This document shows, piece after piece, positions 24,016-35,989 of a stretch of DNA of 48,664 nt. The notes under the pieces were generated by a model. It saw only the letters and a program-made list of their open reading frames with translations. It was not told the DNA's origin and made no database searches. Every line of letters begins with the position of its first letter. Within the stretch, counting starts at the first letter, position 1. This DNA is from Octopus bimaculoides (lineage: Eukaryota): assembly GCF_001194135.2 (NCBI RefSeq), contig NC_068991.1, forward strand, positions 27,667,586 through 27,716,249, written 5' to 3'. Position numbers and translations under genes: made by a program.

Positions 24016-25144
24016 ACAGAAACCGATTACTGAAAGATCCAGCTTTGTCAAAAATTTTGTCACATTAAGTCGGCGCAAGAATTATACCATGGGTACACAT
24101 AACGGTGAACAACTCTCATGCATTCATGAGCAGGTAGATGGTTGTACACATGGATGGTGTTCGTCGAAATTGACATAATATTCCTCATCCTTATGTTGTG
24201 CAGTTGACGATTCAAATTGGCCGCCACTCTCACATGGCCAACGGGGGCTTTTGGCTTTTATTCCACACTCTAACAAACACTCAAACCGAATCTTCAGACA
24301 GAGAATAACTTTAATGTTTAGAGGTGCATTACTCCCTATTACAGTAACACAAGGTGATTTTTTCCCTCCCTCCTCCAATCTTGGGGCTCTGTAAAAGTCG
24401 ACTTGCTCTGTTTCTTCTGACTGGATTATACATAAAAATAAAGACAATTTTTACAGACACAAGACTCTTCTACTTTCCTCAGACAATTTTTTTTTCTTAG
24501 TATTAAAAATCTTGACATTTAGCCGATAATGAAGGTAGTTTTGGTACAGACTTTGTCTGAGACTAAAAAAGGAATGGTAACAAGGTCAAAAACTGGGGCA
24601 ACTTGAATTCATCAGGAATCCAATTCACCTGACACAGTGGTTAGGGTCCATATGACCCTTGGGGATCCAAATAAGATTTTACTGTTAAAATTTATGAGCA
24701 ATAAATTGGTTATACATCTTGGATGCACAAAATACTTTAACAATATTTTATACAATTCCTAATAATATTTAATTATAAAAATATAATAGAAATTTTTTTT
24801 AGACATCAAATGGCTATGAGGATCCATCTTCGTAACATAGGAATCAAAGGGCACCACAGGTAAAACAAAATGGCTGAGAAACAGGTAGCATCTGACAGGT
24901 GGTACCCAGCCCTGGGAATGTGATCTGTGATAAACTAAGCTACCGTCCAAGACAGATTTTTGTCTTTCATCAGCTATAAAAATGAAACTGTTTTGACAAG
25001 AAGAATGACGGAATCTGTTATAATACGGTATAAAGAAACGTATATGTAAAATTTCAGCAACAGGTCCTAATTTTGGAAAAATAAACATTTCAAACACAAT
25101 GCGTAAATTTATTTTCCCATAGGTACAAGCATAGCTGTGTAGGT

Positions 25145-25790
25145 GCAGGTAGACGTGGCCGTGTGGTTAAGAAGCCTATGTCACAGCCACATGAATTTGG
25201 TTTCAGTCCCACTGCGTGGTACCTTGGGCAAGTATCTTCTGCTATAGCTTCGGGCCGACCAAAGCCTTTTGAGTGCATTTGGTAGATGGAAACTGAAAGA
25301 AGCATGTCGTATGTATATATATATATATNNNNNNNNNNNNNNNNNNNNNNNNNNNNNNNNNNNNNNNNNNNNNNNNNNNNNNNNNNNNNNNNNNNNNNNN
25401 NNNNNNNNNNNNNNNNNNNATATATATGGCGTTAGGAAGTGCATCCAGTCGTAGAAGCCATGCCAAATCAGACTGGAGTCTGGTGCAGCCTCGCCAGCCC
25501 TGGTCAAACCGTCCAACCCATGCCAACATAGACAAAGAACGCTAAATGGTGATGGTGATATATGTATGCATGCATATATTTATGTGTGCACGTATGTGTT
25601 TGTACCCCCGCCATTGCCTGACAGTCAATGTTGGTGTACTGTAACTTAGTGGTTCGGTAAAAGGGGCTAATAGAATAAGTACTAGATTTACAAAGAATAA
25701 GTCTTGGGGTCGATTTCTTCGACTGACACCCTTTAAGGCGTTGCTCCAGCATGGCCACAGTCAAATGACTAAAACAAGTAAAAGAATTCA
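25145..25790 (+). mobile_element. Family B CORE-type SINE with an internal microsatellite, a gap and a nested insert
   Basis: Head GTGGCCGTGTGGTTAAG and GTTTCAGTCCC, CORE-like GGTACCTTGGGCAAGTATCTT, internal (TA)n, and 3' half CTTAGTGGTTCGG..GAATAAGTACTAG..GCTCCAGCATGGCCACAGTCAAATGACT..GTAAAAGA. Confidence 0.85.
25428..25560 (+). mobile_element. 3' fragment of a short retroposon with a GGCGTTAGGAAG(G)GCATCCAG tail motif, nested in the SINE
   Basis: Same sequence family as 31150-31310 (minus); ends in a GAT/GGT-type repeat. Confidence 0.7.
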
Positions 25791-25919
25791 GCTATGGGTG
25801 CCGGCATATTTCTGAATATTATTTCTCATCTACGTATATCCGGAGTTGATCCTACTGGGCTGTTTACTGGGCAAATGCCTTCTACCACGACTACTAGTCG
25901 AACAATACATTGAGAGTGA

Positions 25920-25976
25920 AATAAACTTAGGTTTATTTAATAAACTTAGGTTTATTTAATAAACTTAGGTTTATTT
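25920..25976. repeat. 19-bp tandem repeat x3 (AATAAACTTAGGTTTATTT)
   Basis: Direct reading; each unit is itself a 7-bp hairpin, AATAAAC/GTTTATT. Confidence 0.9.
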
Positions 25977-26924
25977 CCTGTACGGGGAAAGTACGGGGAA
26001 AGTGTATTTTACTTTTTGTAACTAGCATTGGATAGAAGTTTTATTGAAAAGGTAGCAGAATGCAGAATGTGGCTAGAGAAAGAAAGATAAACATATATAA
26101 CATTTCATGAACTAGTAAAGAAAGACGCAAAATAACTAAGATAAATCCTGGAATAGTTCGAAAAAATGTCAGATAAATCCAGGAACTGGTTCGGCAAAAG
26201 CGATTTAAAAATTGAAAGCAAAGAGCAGGCTTTTAGTGCCCCAATATCAAGCATCCAACACCAACTCTGTATATGAATATATTTATCGGTTGAGAGACAT
26301 TAACGAAAATTTGTGACGAGAAAACAAAGAGTCTATTATAAATAACCAATAACCAGTGAAGAACATGCGAACCCAAAACATATCACTGATATTGCCATAA
26401 AAAAAAATTATGCTTGAACCTCGATAGGAAGCAGCAGTAAATACCTGTGGGAGTATTATGTAGTTGAAAAAATACCTGGAAAGATGCATGGCTGAAAGAA
26501 TTTAGAATTTTTCATACTTTGATTTGCGAAATGAAAACTAATGAATGTTATAATAGCTTATGTAAATTAAAAGAGCAATGATATTGCCCATAAGGAATTG
26601 TAGACGATTGATAGATTTTTTTCGAAATATTATAGGGGAGAAATTTTTTGATACCAATAGGCAGTTGGAGCCCTCGATTCTGTTTTAAACACTCTTCCGT
26701 TCTCATTTCAGACAATTAGAAATAGAATTGAGCATCAAATATCTGTACTGTTTTCAACTACCATTGTTTCACGGAAATAATTTGCAGAATGCAGAGTTCA
26801 AATCACTTACAAATTATTTATAAATATATGTGTGCATGTGCGTGTGGGTGTGGGTGTGGGTGTGNNNNNNNNNNNNNNNNNNNNNNNNNNNNNNNNNNNN
26901 NNNNNNNNNNNNNNNNNNNNNNNN

Positions 26925-26997
<73 letters not shown>

Positions 26998-27589
26998 ACG
27001 CGTATGTGTATATGTGCTTGTGTATGATAAATAATTGTCCTGAACGAAAAAATGTAATACACCATAAAAAAGGATAAAGATTTAATATACAAATAAAGGC
27101 AACACTTCCATTATCCCCACAAAAAGCTGAGTAGCTATCGCTTAAGTAGGATCAGAGTACCTCAGTGAGTGCTCCACTCATCTTCTGCTCCAATCATTCT
27201 CTGCGACTGGAACTTCCTAAATTCCTCGCGCACATTCCTGGCATTGGCCAAGCCGTGAATGGCCCCACATTATAGTGTTCATTATAATGTTCTAATTCGG
27301 GATGTAATTTATCAGTTTCATTAGGCTACCGTCAAGCTCTTACACTCCGTTAGGAGAGGTTAGGAATGAAAATAGCCATGGTTCATTACATCTTTCTTTC
27401 ATTTTTCTCATTTTCCTGCAGTCTTTATTTCACTCCTATCATCACAATGCGATGGTGTAGAACTACTTACTCGATGCCTCCGATTGAACCTATCCTACAT
27501 ATACTGACCTGCATGGACTTGCATCTCCGAGTATTATCCACAAGTACACTCGTTTTTTCTTGGCGTTGACCACCTCAATTTCCGAAATT

Positions 27590-28550
27590 CTAGACATCTA
27601 GGCATTGACGTTATTTGTACATGCAGAAATGGCTCCCATGTGTACCAATTCGAGTGTGGTATCCCTCAATACATCTAACAGTAACTTAAAAGCCAAAAGT
27701 TCCAAAACCACTGGAGGGAGGTAAGTGTCATAATCAATGAATTACAGAGCCTCCTCAAAGAGGAACCTTGTCCTACAAACGAATCCGCAAGAAGTACGGA
27801 GACACTTCATGCGGAAATTATTGAGTTGTCTCGCAGACCTTCAATTTTGTGGTGAAGTTTAATTTCCCTGCGTTCCAGCATATTATTCTCCCTGGGGAAA
27901 AAGTTTGACGTTTCTTATCTCAAAGAGTAGACACTTTCACCTAACCTAGACCTGAACCGCAGAAGGTTTCAGAACGAATCAGGACAAAACAAGCATTGAG
28001 AAACAGTGGGCGTCTTTCAATAAGAGTCTACAGGACTGACCTTGAACACGTAGGACCAGCCATTCGCAGTCACCATATCTGGTTCGACGAGAATGAGAAA
28101 GGAGAGCCATGACTTACATGCTGAAAAGACTAGATGTTTCTGACCACATCAGATTGATCCGTCATTATAAGTTAAGAAGGTAGTCTTCAATGCAAGACTC
28201 CTAACACAGCACAAAGACAGATCAGATTCAATTGTGCGAACAAACGGGTCCTAGAGTGAATCTACGTTGCACTGAGTATTATATACGCTCCACCGTCCTC
28301 TAGATCATCCCCTTTCAGAACTGATGGTCAAACATTGCACACAAGGAAACAGCAGATACTATAGAAATTGACATTGACAACATGCTCAGTCGACCATCTT
28401 CAATCAATACAAATACTGTTGCGAATGAACCATGGACTTGACTGCCCACGTATACTTTCAAATTCCCAGTCACATCGCTTTGGATACAGATATCATTCCT
28501 TCAAGTACATCAACACAGTTTGATTTCTTCCAGTCAGTGTACAATGAAGG
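27590..28550 (+). pseudogene. Highly decayed LINE (APE endonuclease-like) remnant
   Basis: Across frameshifts: LGIDVIC..E, GG(V)SVII, a GDFN-like segment and DVSDH, in the order expected for APE motifs. Weak. Confidence 0.35.
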
Positions 28551-28704
28551 GAACTCTACTACAACTACCACCCTGCTACTGATCTTTTGTTGATGTTACA
28601 TCTGGACGACGGCGACGATGATGATTATTTCTTAATTAGGTATGAATGAACAGAACTCTGTGATTGCTGACAATCCAATCTGGAAATGTCTATCGTCACA
28701 TTAC

Positions 28705-28842
28705 TATACACAATGATGATCGTGATAATGATGGTGACGATGACAACGACGGTGGCGTCGATGACGACTACGAGGACGATGATCATGACAATGAAGATGA
28801 CTGCGACGGTGACGACGACGGCGGGGACGACAACGACGACGC

Positions 28843-28881
<39 letters not shown>

Positions 28882-28890
28882 CGACGACTT
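28705..28890. repeat. Degenerate (GAT/GAC)n trinucleotide repeat
   Basis: Direct reading. Confidence 0.9.
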
Positions 28891-31149
28891 CTTAATTAAA
28901 CATGTACTACCAATACCATGAGATTTTCGTTCCAGATTAACAGAAGAGGTAACTTAGTCACAAGTACCATTCACTAACAACAAAGGAATGTATTTGGAAT
29001 TAACTCCCCCAAGTCAAGTAGCTTTATTTGGGCAACAAGTATACAAAGGTCGAAGAATACAGAATGACTTGCTAAATGCGCAGTTAAATAAATATGGTTT
29101 TACTAATTGCTTTACTAATTAGTTATCTCAAACCTAATTATTCCGCTAACTACGTTTCTCTTCCTCTTTAACATAGTTTTATTTAAACCAATGAGCACGT
29201 TAGCACGAAAATCTAAGTGAAGTTTCTCTTCACAGTACTTGAAAGAGAATATACTGAATAATTATGAGACCTGTTGATGGGAGAATCGATATATTGTCGA
29301 AATACCTGCTGAAGAACAGAAGGTTCAAGTGAAGTAACTAGCTACGTGCTGTGAATGTGTTACAGAGATTTTACACTCAGAGACGCAGCCTCCTAACCGA
29401 CTTTCGTTGCCTGCATTGTTTATTAAAATGCTAACGACAGATTCCTGTAGTGTAAAATGTGTCACATGGTGGAAAGAGGAAGGTAAAAATAGGTGAGAGC
29501 TCCAAACGAACGCTACTGGCATGCACACATGCTTACACACACATGAATGCTACTGGCATGCATAAAAACACACACAGTGAGACAACAATTGCTGAGTGTA
29601 TATGTGTTTGAGAGAGTGGGGTATGCACATATGTATCCTGCCATTAGCTTTTGTGGAGGGGGCGCATATTGACTGAGCTCCCCAACTATCTGTACATCAA
29701 TAACCGTGTTCCTAACTTTTTTCGTAAAAGATATGCAATGGTATATCACAGATATAGGTGTTACCAACTATATAATTTCAAGTGCTCCTTAAATTATTTT
29801 ATAATCGAAACGGAGGTCGATGCGTTACGGTATACGATGATTATAGAGCTCGAAAGTAAGAATGAAATCGAAAGAGGCAGAAAAGATACAAAGAATGATG
29901 AGGAAAGTGGCAGAGAGAAAAAATAAGAACTGGGAATAAAGAAAGGAGAATCAGGAACAATGAGAAGCACTTACTCGGGAATGCAATTAATGCAAGAAAT
30001 GCAGCCTAGAAGTTGTCATATGACGAACGACGAAGATGAAGATCATAGGAATTATTAATCAAAAAAGACGGCAAAGTATGAAAGATGGTCATAGGCAGCA
30101 ATATACTGCACAAATCAGAATGAGAAACCTGGGTAGAAGAGGACAGGCAGGATTTCCAACAAATTTATCAAAAGTTTATGAAAGAAATGACAGGATATTG
30201 GTACCGTGTGACGAAATAATTATGGGCCGTGGAATTTCCACGATGCTTCTAATTAACATAAAAGCGAATAGGGTCAGCCATATTGTTAATATAGAAGTGA
30301 GTACTGTTAAAGATACTAAAGTATTAAGAAAAGGCGGTGAATTTTTTAGTCACACTTGGCTCTTGATTTTTTATTAGCTTTTACATCTGCACAAAAAGCA
30401 TATACACACATTTTTTACTGTTTAGTTATCTAATTCAATGTTTGAGATTATAAATCATAATAAAGATATATTTTAGTCACCTGAGATCACCTGAATGCAT
30501 TACTCAAAAGTCGCTACTCTCTGCTGTAACATCGACACCAGCCAGAATCGGAACAAATCGTAGCAAATACGTATGTGTAAAGTATTTTTGAAAAATAAAA
30601 TTACGATTCTTACAATTTTTACACTTTACCGTATAAATTCAAAGATTCCAGTGTGGGAATTGATTATATTAAAAGAATTACGACATCAATGTAATTCTGC
30701 TCAAGTATTTAATAGGGGAAACATTTTCTATTTGCTGACACATTTTTCTTTGTATATCTGTACTAAAGCACTCCGTTTAACAAATGTAGAACGGTTAAAA
30801 TCTTGATAGGGAGAACAAGCGTCGCTTTCGGAAGATTTTGATCAGATCATAGAATCCTAAAAACAAAGTTTTGTACTGGACACCTGTGCAAACCACGATT
30901 CTATAAAGTAGTAGTAGCACCAGCGTGAAAAATTAGACCAGTTCCACATAAGGTCCCTTCAGAAAATTTAAAAGATGTTTAGCACTTACTAGTCAGAGGG
31001 GGTGATCAATGTATCACACGAAATAAACAAATCACCTATAAAAAGAAAGAAGATACGTCGGATCTCATCCACTCAGTATATCGCATGTGTGATTGCACAA
31101 TATGTGTGAGTACATGCACAGGCACATATACATACGCACGCACACATAT

Positions 31150-31497
31150 CATCACCATCATCCTCGTCATTCAACGTTCGCTTTCCTTGCTAGCGTGGAT
31201 TGGACAGTTTGGCTGAGGACTAGCAATCCAGAAGGCTGTACCAGGCTCCAGTCTGATCTAGCAAGGTTTCTACAACTGGATGCCCTTCCTAACGCCAACC
31301 ACTCCGAGAGTGTAGTGGATGCTTTTTACGTGCAACCGGCACGAGGGCCAGTCAGGCGGTACTGGCATCGACCACGCTTGAATGGTGCTTTTATGTGCCA
31401 CCGGCACGTGAGCCCGTCAGGCGGCACTGGCAATGACCACGCTCGACTGGTGCGTTTTACGTGCCACCGGCGGGGACCAGTCAGGCGGCACTGGCAT
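31150..31497 (-). mobile_element. Short retroposon carrying an internal ~65-bp GC-rich minisatellite (~2.7 copies, 31320-31496)
   Basis: CTGGATGCCCTTCCTAACGCC motif; TTTTACGTGCCACCGGCACG..GTCAGGCGGCACTGGCA recurs at 31320, 31386 and 31451. Confidence 0.75.
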
Positions 31498-31768
31498 ATA
31501 TACATATATATAGAGAGAGAGAGAGAATATGAGGGGTTTAGCTCACTAGTGATCTAAACGAATAGGTACACTGAGTAAGTGTTATAATTGGTCATCCGTT
31601 AGGTTCTAGGTTTACAGCTGAGGCTGGAGCTAAGGATCCGTATTAGGCTTCATTATTAGCAAGTGTATATTATATTAGAGGGAAAAGGACACCAAACACC
31701 AAGCACCAAGGCAGGTCGAGTATCTCAAGTCATTTAGAATAATTTAGTAAGGGTAAAGTGAATTTGAA

Positions 31769-31844
31769 GTCTTACACCTGTTTCTGGGATATCCCAAGTG
31801 ATAGGCTAGCATATCTGTGCACTGGGTATTCCTTCATCAGAAAC
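31769..31844 (-). ncRNA. Type I hammerhead ribozyme motif (HHR1), PLE pLTR-associated
   Basis: Minus strand reads GTTT-CTGATGA-aGGAATACCCAGTG..loop..CACTTGGGATATCCCa-GAAA-C-aggt-GTA^AGAC. It has the core boxes, a long stem II, a minimal stem III, a GUA triplet and stem I GUUU/AGAC. Confidence 0.65.
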
Positions 31845-32329
31845 AAGGTGAGTATGTATGAAAGTTCTAGACAGGGAAATTCACAGTTTATAAGAAATAA
31901 AATAGAAGAATAAAGAGTAAAAGTAGATAGAATAATACAGACAAGAAAATAAAGTTCACAGTTCATCTTTTTTCCGGAAGGTATGGAGGTTGGTCCGTAC
32001 TTCCATGAAGATAGAGGCCCTTAGGTATAATCCCAGGTAAATCCAGGCAGTGTTTTGGCATTATTTTGAATGATGTGTCCATACTGAAGTAATGGATTAA
32101 GTGGTTAGCTAGTGTATAAATGGTGTACGTGGGTATATACAATGAGAATGAGTGGATAGAAGAGAGAGAAGGAGAGACAGATAAGGAATGAAGTAGGGGT
32201 GGAAAGAATGAATGAGAGCGAAAGTAAAGTAAAATCAAAAATAAAAATGAAAATGGAAAATAAAATATGTATAATAAAAATAAAGATAAGATGCCAGTTT
32301 TCGCTGCATTGAACGATGCTATGATTGTA

Positions 32330-32530
32330 TATATTTTGGTAGTAAGAATTAAGTTTACGCTTATTGGATGAGGTAACAATAGATTGAGCGGAGAGGAGTA
32401 GGATAATTTCAGAGTAGATCTGTTGAAGATTGAATGGTATTTATGATAACGTCGGAAGTTAGAGTCTACTATTTGTAAAAAGGTTTTGGGTAAAGCCCTT
32501 AACGTTTAAAGCGAATGGGGATGTTAACCA
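32330..32530 (-). mobile_element. Penelope-like element fragment (region between RT and GIY-YIG)
   Basis: WLTSPFALNVK..LQIVDSNFRRYHKYHSIFNRSTLKLSYS..SIVTSSNKRKL matches the WFNPPF..FNRNTxKxSYS segment of PLEs; same strand as HHR1 and upstream of it. Confidence 0.75.
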
Positions 32531-32811
32531 GTATATATATATATATATATATATANNNNNNNNNNNNNNNNNNNNNNNNNNNNNNNNNNNNNNNNNNNNN
32601 NNNNNNNNNNNNNNNNNNNNNNNNNNNNNNNNNNNNNNNNNNNNNNNNNNNNNNNNNNNNNNNNNNNNNNNNNNNNNNNNNNNNNNNNNNNNNNNNNNNN
32701 NNNNNNNNNNNNNNNNNNNNNNNNNNNNNNNNNNNNNNNNNNNNNNNNNNNNNNNNNNNNNNNNNNNNNNNNNNNNNNNNNNNNNNNNNNNNNNNNNNNN
32801 NNTATATATAT

Positions 32812-33035
32812 GTGTGTGTGTGTGTTTGTGTGTCTGTGTTTGTCCCCCCACCATCGCTTGAAAACAGATGCTGGTGTGTTTATGTCCCCGTAACTTAGCG
32901 GTTCGGCAAAAAGAAACCGATAGAATAAGTACTAGGCTTACAAAGAATAAGTCCTGGGTCGATTTTCTCGACTACAGGCGGTGCTCCAGCATGGCCGCAG
33001 TCTTTTGACTGAAGCAAGTAAAAGAGTAAAAGAGT
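32812..33035 (+). mobile_element. Family B SINE 3' half
   Basis: GTTTGTCCCCCACCATCGCTTG..CCCGTAACTTAGCGGTTCGGC..GCTCCAGCATGGCCGCAG..GTAAAAGAGTAAAAGAG. Confidence 0.9.
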
Positions 33036-33287
33036 ATATGTATGTATGTATGTATGTATGCATGTATGTATGCATGTATGTATGTATGTATGTATGTATG
33101 TATGTATGTATGTATCTTGATATATTCAGATTGAAAACCTGGCCCTGATGTTTACAGCAGGGAGGACTCGAGTAAAGACACCCAAGATTTAGATCGGAAT
33201 GTTAAACCGACCGGGATTAACTCTACCGTATAAGGAATGGATTGACTGTAAAGTAATTATCTGTTAAGTAAAAGTGATATGACTTAC

Positions 33288-33372
33288 AGATTTGTATTTA
33301 TCAAGGAGAAAGTTCCAATTCTTCGGCCAATCATACAGCTGGATTCTCTTCAATTTTTGAAGCTGATCGATT
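33288..33372 (-). CDS. Candidate internal coding exon of an unidentified host gene (85 nt)
   Basis: Acceptor TTATTTCTCTTTGTAG, donor GTAAGT, and a single open frame IDQLQKLKRIQLYDWPKNWNFLLDKYKS; non-repetitive sequence. Confidence 0.5.
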
Positions 33373-33531
33373 CTACAAAGAGAAATAACCGTTCCATTCA
33401 ATTAGTAAATTCTTCCTTTAGAGACATCTGGTTATTGAACAGAACCAACATTAAAAATAACAAATAAAGATACAACTCCCAACAGATGGTTTTCTGCTAG
33501 TTTATCAATACACACGCGCGTGCGCCTGCAC

Positions 33532-33572
<41 letters not shown>

Positions 33573-33870
33573 TATATATAAATCCACACATACACGCACG
33601 TGTGCACATACACACGCGAGCGCACACACACATCTGTGGACGCAATTGAAACAGCATTAAATTGAAATCGGAATCTGTATAGCTATGACTTACGAGAACT
33701 ACAGACGCGTTTCACCCTAATTGGAGGTTGTCAATACTGTGCTCTTGTCACTTGCTAAGACAAAATTCGTGCTTTGACATATAAGAAGCAGTGAATACCA
33801 CATTCACTGATAACGCAGAAAGTTTGCCGAGCTTCAAAAACTCAGTGAACGCAATAGATATATGACATAC

Positions 33871-33915
33871 GAAATGTATGTACACCATTGAAAAGCATGA
33901 TGCCACCATTTTTGC
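33871..33915 (-). CDS. Candidate coding exon (45 nt) upstream of the previous one
   Basis: Acceptor ATTTTCTTTCAG, donor GTATGT; the frame QKWWHHAFQWCTYI(S) joins in phase 2 to the 33372 exon. Confidence 0.42.
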
Positions 33916-33952
33916 CTGAAAGAAAATTTCTTCATAAACATACATATATAAC

Positions 33953-33984
<32 letters not shown>

Positions 33985-34322
33985 TGTATGCATGTATGTA
34001 TTTACCAATTAAAACAATTTATTTAAGTTTAAGACCTGATAGCCAGTTCCGCTTGATTCTTTGCATCCAATTCGTATAGCATATAGCTTGTGGGGGGTGC
34101 GTATATATGTGTGTGTATATGTGGATTTATTGTATGTATGTATGTATGTATGTATGTATATTGCATGTCAACGAAACTCATTATTTAACCGTCCAACCAC
34201 GGCTTTGAGTTAACTGTAACGCCTACAATACTCTATTGACAGATGAAAATTAGCACAACACACAGTTGGAAGCGGAAATTTAGTTTTAGTTGCTATTAAC
34301 AAAAGGAGGTCGATTGGCAAAG

Positions 34323-34560
34323 TCGTTAGAACATCGGAAAGCATACGTTGTGATGTGCTCTGAATCTATGTCTCCTAAGTTCTAATCTTTCTGACGTTCA
34401 CTTTGCCTTTTATCCTTTGGAGCTCATTTAAAAGAAGTTGCAGCCCAGCGCTGGTACAAACTTTTCTTTTTTCTGGCTGTCATATCCTTGACTTGATGTT
34501 TTGCTGGTTCAAATGAGGGGCGGCTCAAAGGGAACCTGTGCCTGCTCATGACGGCATAAA
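34323..34560 (+). repeat. Local ~235-bp duplication, copy 1
   Basis: Colinear with 35749-35984, roughly 80-85% identical by eye; the first ~100 bp is a decayed family A SINE. Confidence 0.88.
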
Positions 34561-35748
34561 CACCTAAAACATTTAGCGAAGACATGGTACGTAGTACCTC
34601 TTCAGCGACTCTTCCATCCCACGTGTCTCCTTCTGTCATAATCACTTGAGAAAGACGACTGTACATTTTTTATTATTTTCGTGGAGAAGTGTGGGTGCCA
34701 GAAATAGCAGGATGCAGGATTAAATTAATTTACCTGATTTAATTAATTTATCGTCTCACCTCATACTAAACTTAAAATCTATTTGGGCCATAAGAACCGA
34801 TAATGTAAGTGCACCATGTCAATTTACAGACCCACCACCCTCTGCTTACATTAACTTCACTTTGTATTTTAAGTAAATATTTTTGTTTATTTCTTTAAAT
34901 GTCGCCTTTCTTTTTGCTTTTAAAAATATCTGCTGCTGACTGCTATTTTACACAACTGGGAGTTAAATGACTTGGCCAGAAATAGAATAAAATACAAGCG
35001 ATTCGAGAGAAAGTACAGGCTGTCCAGCTTGGAAGCCGACATCTTATCAATTTAACTATCCACGACTTTCTCTATTTATATAACATTAAAGGAATATAAT
35101 ACATTGTTGTTATAATTGCTATTATTTAGATTGCTGTCGTGTTTAGCCCAGGTCAGCCCTCATCGAGCAGACTTATGATCAAAGACGTATTAATATAGAT
35201 TTCATTTGCTTTATTAATATACTGCATATTAAGTCACTTATTAAATAATAGCATTTCTTATTGATAGACAGCATTGCATCTGGATATTAAATATATAGTA
35301 TTTCATCTGGATATTTACATACACTCTTTCAAATAAGCAGATTAATAAACAGTGTTATATTTTTGTAATACACGTTCCAGAGAAATAGCCATAGCACTCT
35401 TGTGTAAACACCTTGAAAAACAAGAAAACTTCAGAAATCATCATTGGCCAATGGATAATCTGTTAGAAAGAGGTTGGAGTAATTGGTTAAATAACATTAT
35501 CAGACATTACGAGTTTTATTTTAAAATAAAGCTTTTGAAGAAACGAATGGATGTAGCGCTCAACTCTAACAGACTGTACATAATACAGAAAGTTATAATA
35601 TCAGAAGGAAGCTGAAATAACTTTGATGCACATGCGTTGTGATGTATTTATGTAGCTAAGAGTAAGATAATGTATCATAGTTTGTTGAGCTGAAAATAGT
35701 CCTTATTCAGTTCAAATTATACCCGTAATCAAAAGAAACATTGAAAGC

Positions 35749-35984
35749 GTTAGAATATCAGAAAGCATACGTTGTGATGTGCTCCGGATCTATGTGTCCT
35801 AAGTTATAATCTTTCTAACGTTCACTATGCCTTCTATCCTTTAGACCTCATTTAAAAGGAGTTACAACCCAGCGCTGGTACAGCCCTTTCTTTTACCGGC
35901 TGTCATATCCTTGACTTGATGTTTTGCTGGCTCAAGGGTGGGACGGCTCAGAGGGAACCTGTGCCTGTTCACGACTACATAAGC
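35749..35984 (+). repeat. Local ~235-bp duplication, copy 2
   Basis: See copy 1; truncated on the right by a family B SINE. Confidence 0.88.
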
Positions 35985-35989
35985 AAAAA

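Noticed and set aside
24640-24665. GGGTCCATATGACCC palindrome resembling a piggyBac subterminal motif
   Set aside because: No TTAA-flanked TIR pair or transposase found.
24940-24975. CTGATGA followed by a 5-bp stem (minus strand)
   Set aside because: GGAC stands in place of GAAA, and there is no stem I or III; not a hammerhead.
26300-26600. MULE-like TN..E..N..K motif
   Set aside because: One short motif with stops around it and no TIRs.
29920-30290. Possible RTE-type LINE C-terminus
   Set aside because: Too degenerate to support beyond a vague resemblance.
34580-34612. CTGAAGA-GGTAC-tac-GTACC (minus strand)
   Set aside because: Followed by ATGT rather than GAAA.
35352-35615. 87-aa plus-strand ORF, and a GVYTRV trypsin-like motif on the opposite strand
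   Set aside because: No recognisable domain or partner exons; no catalytic-triad motifs anywhere in the window.
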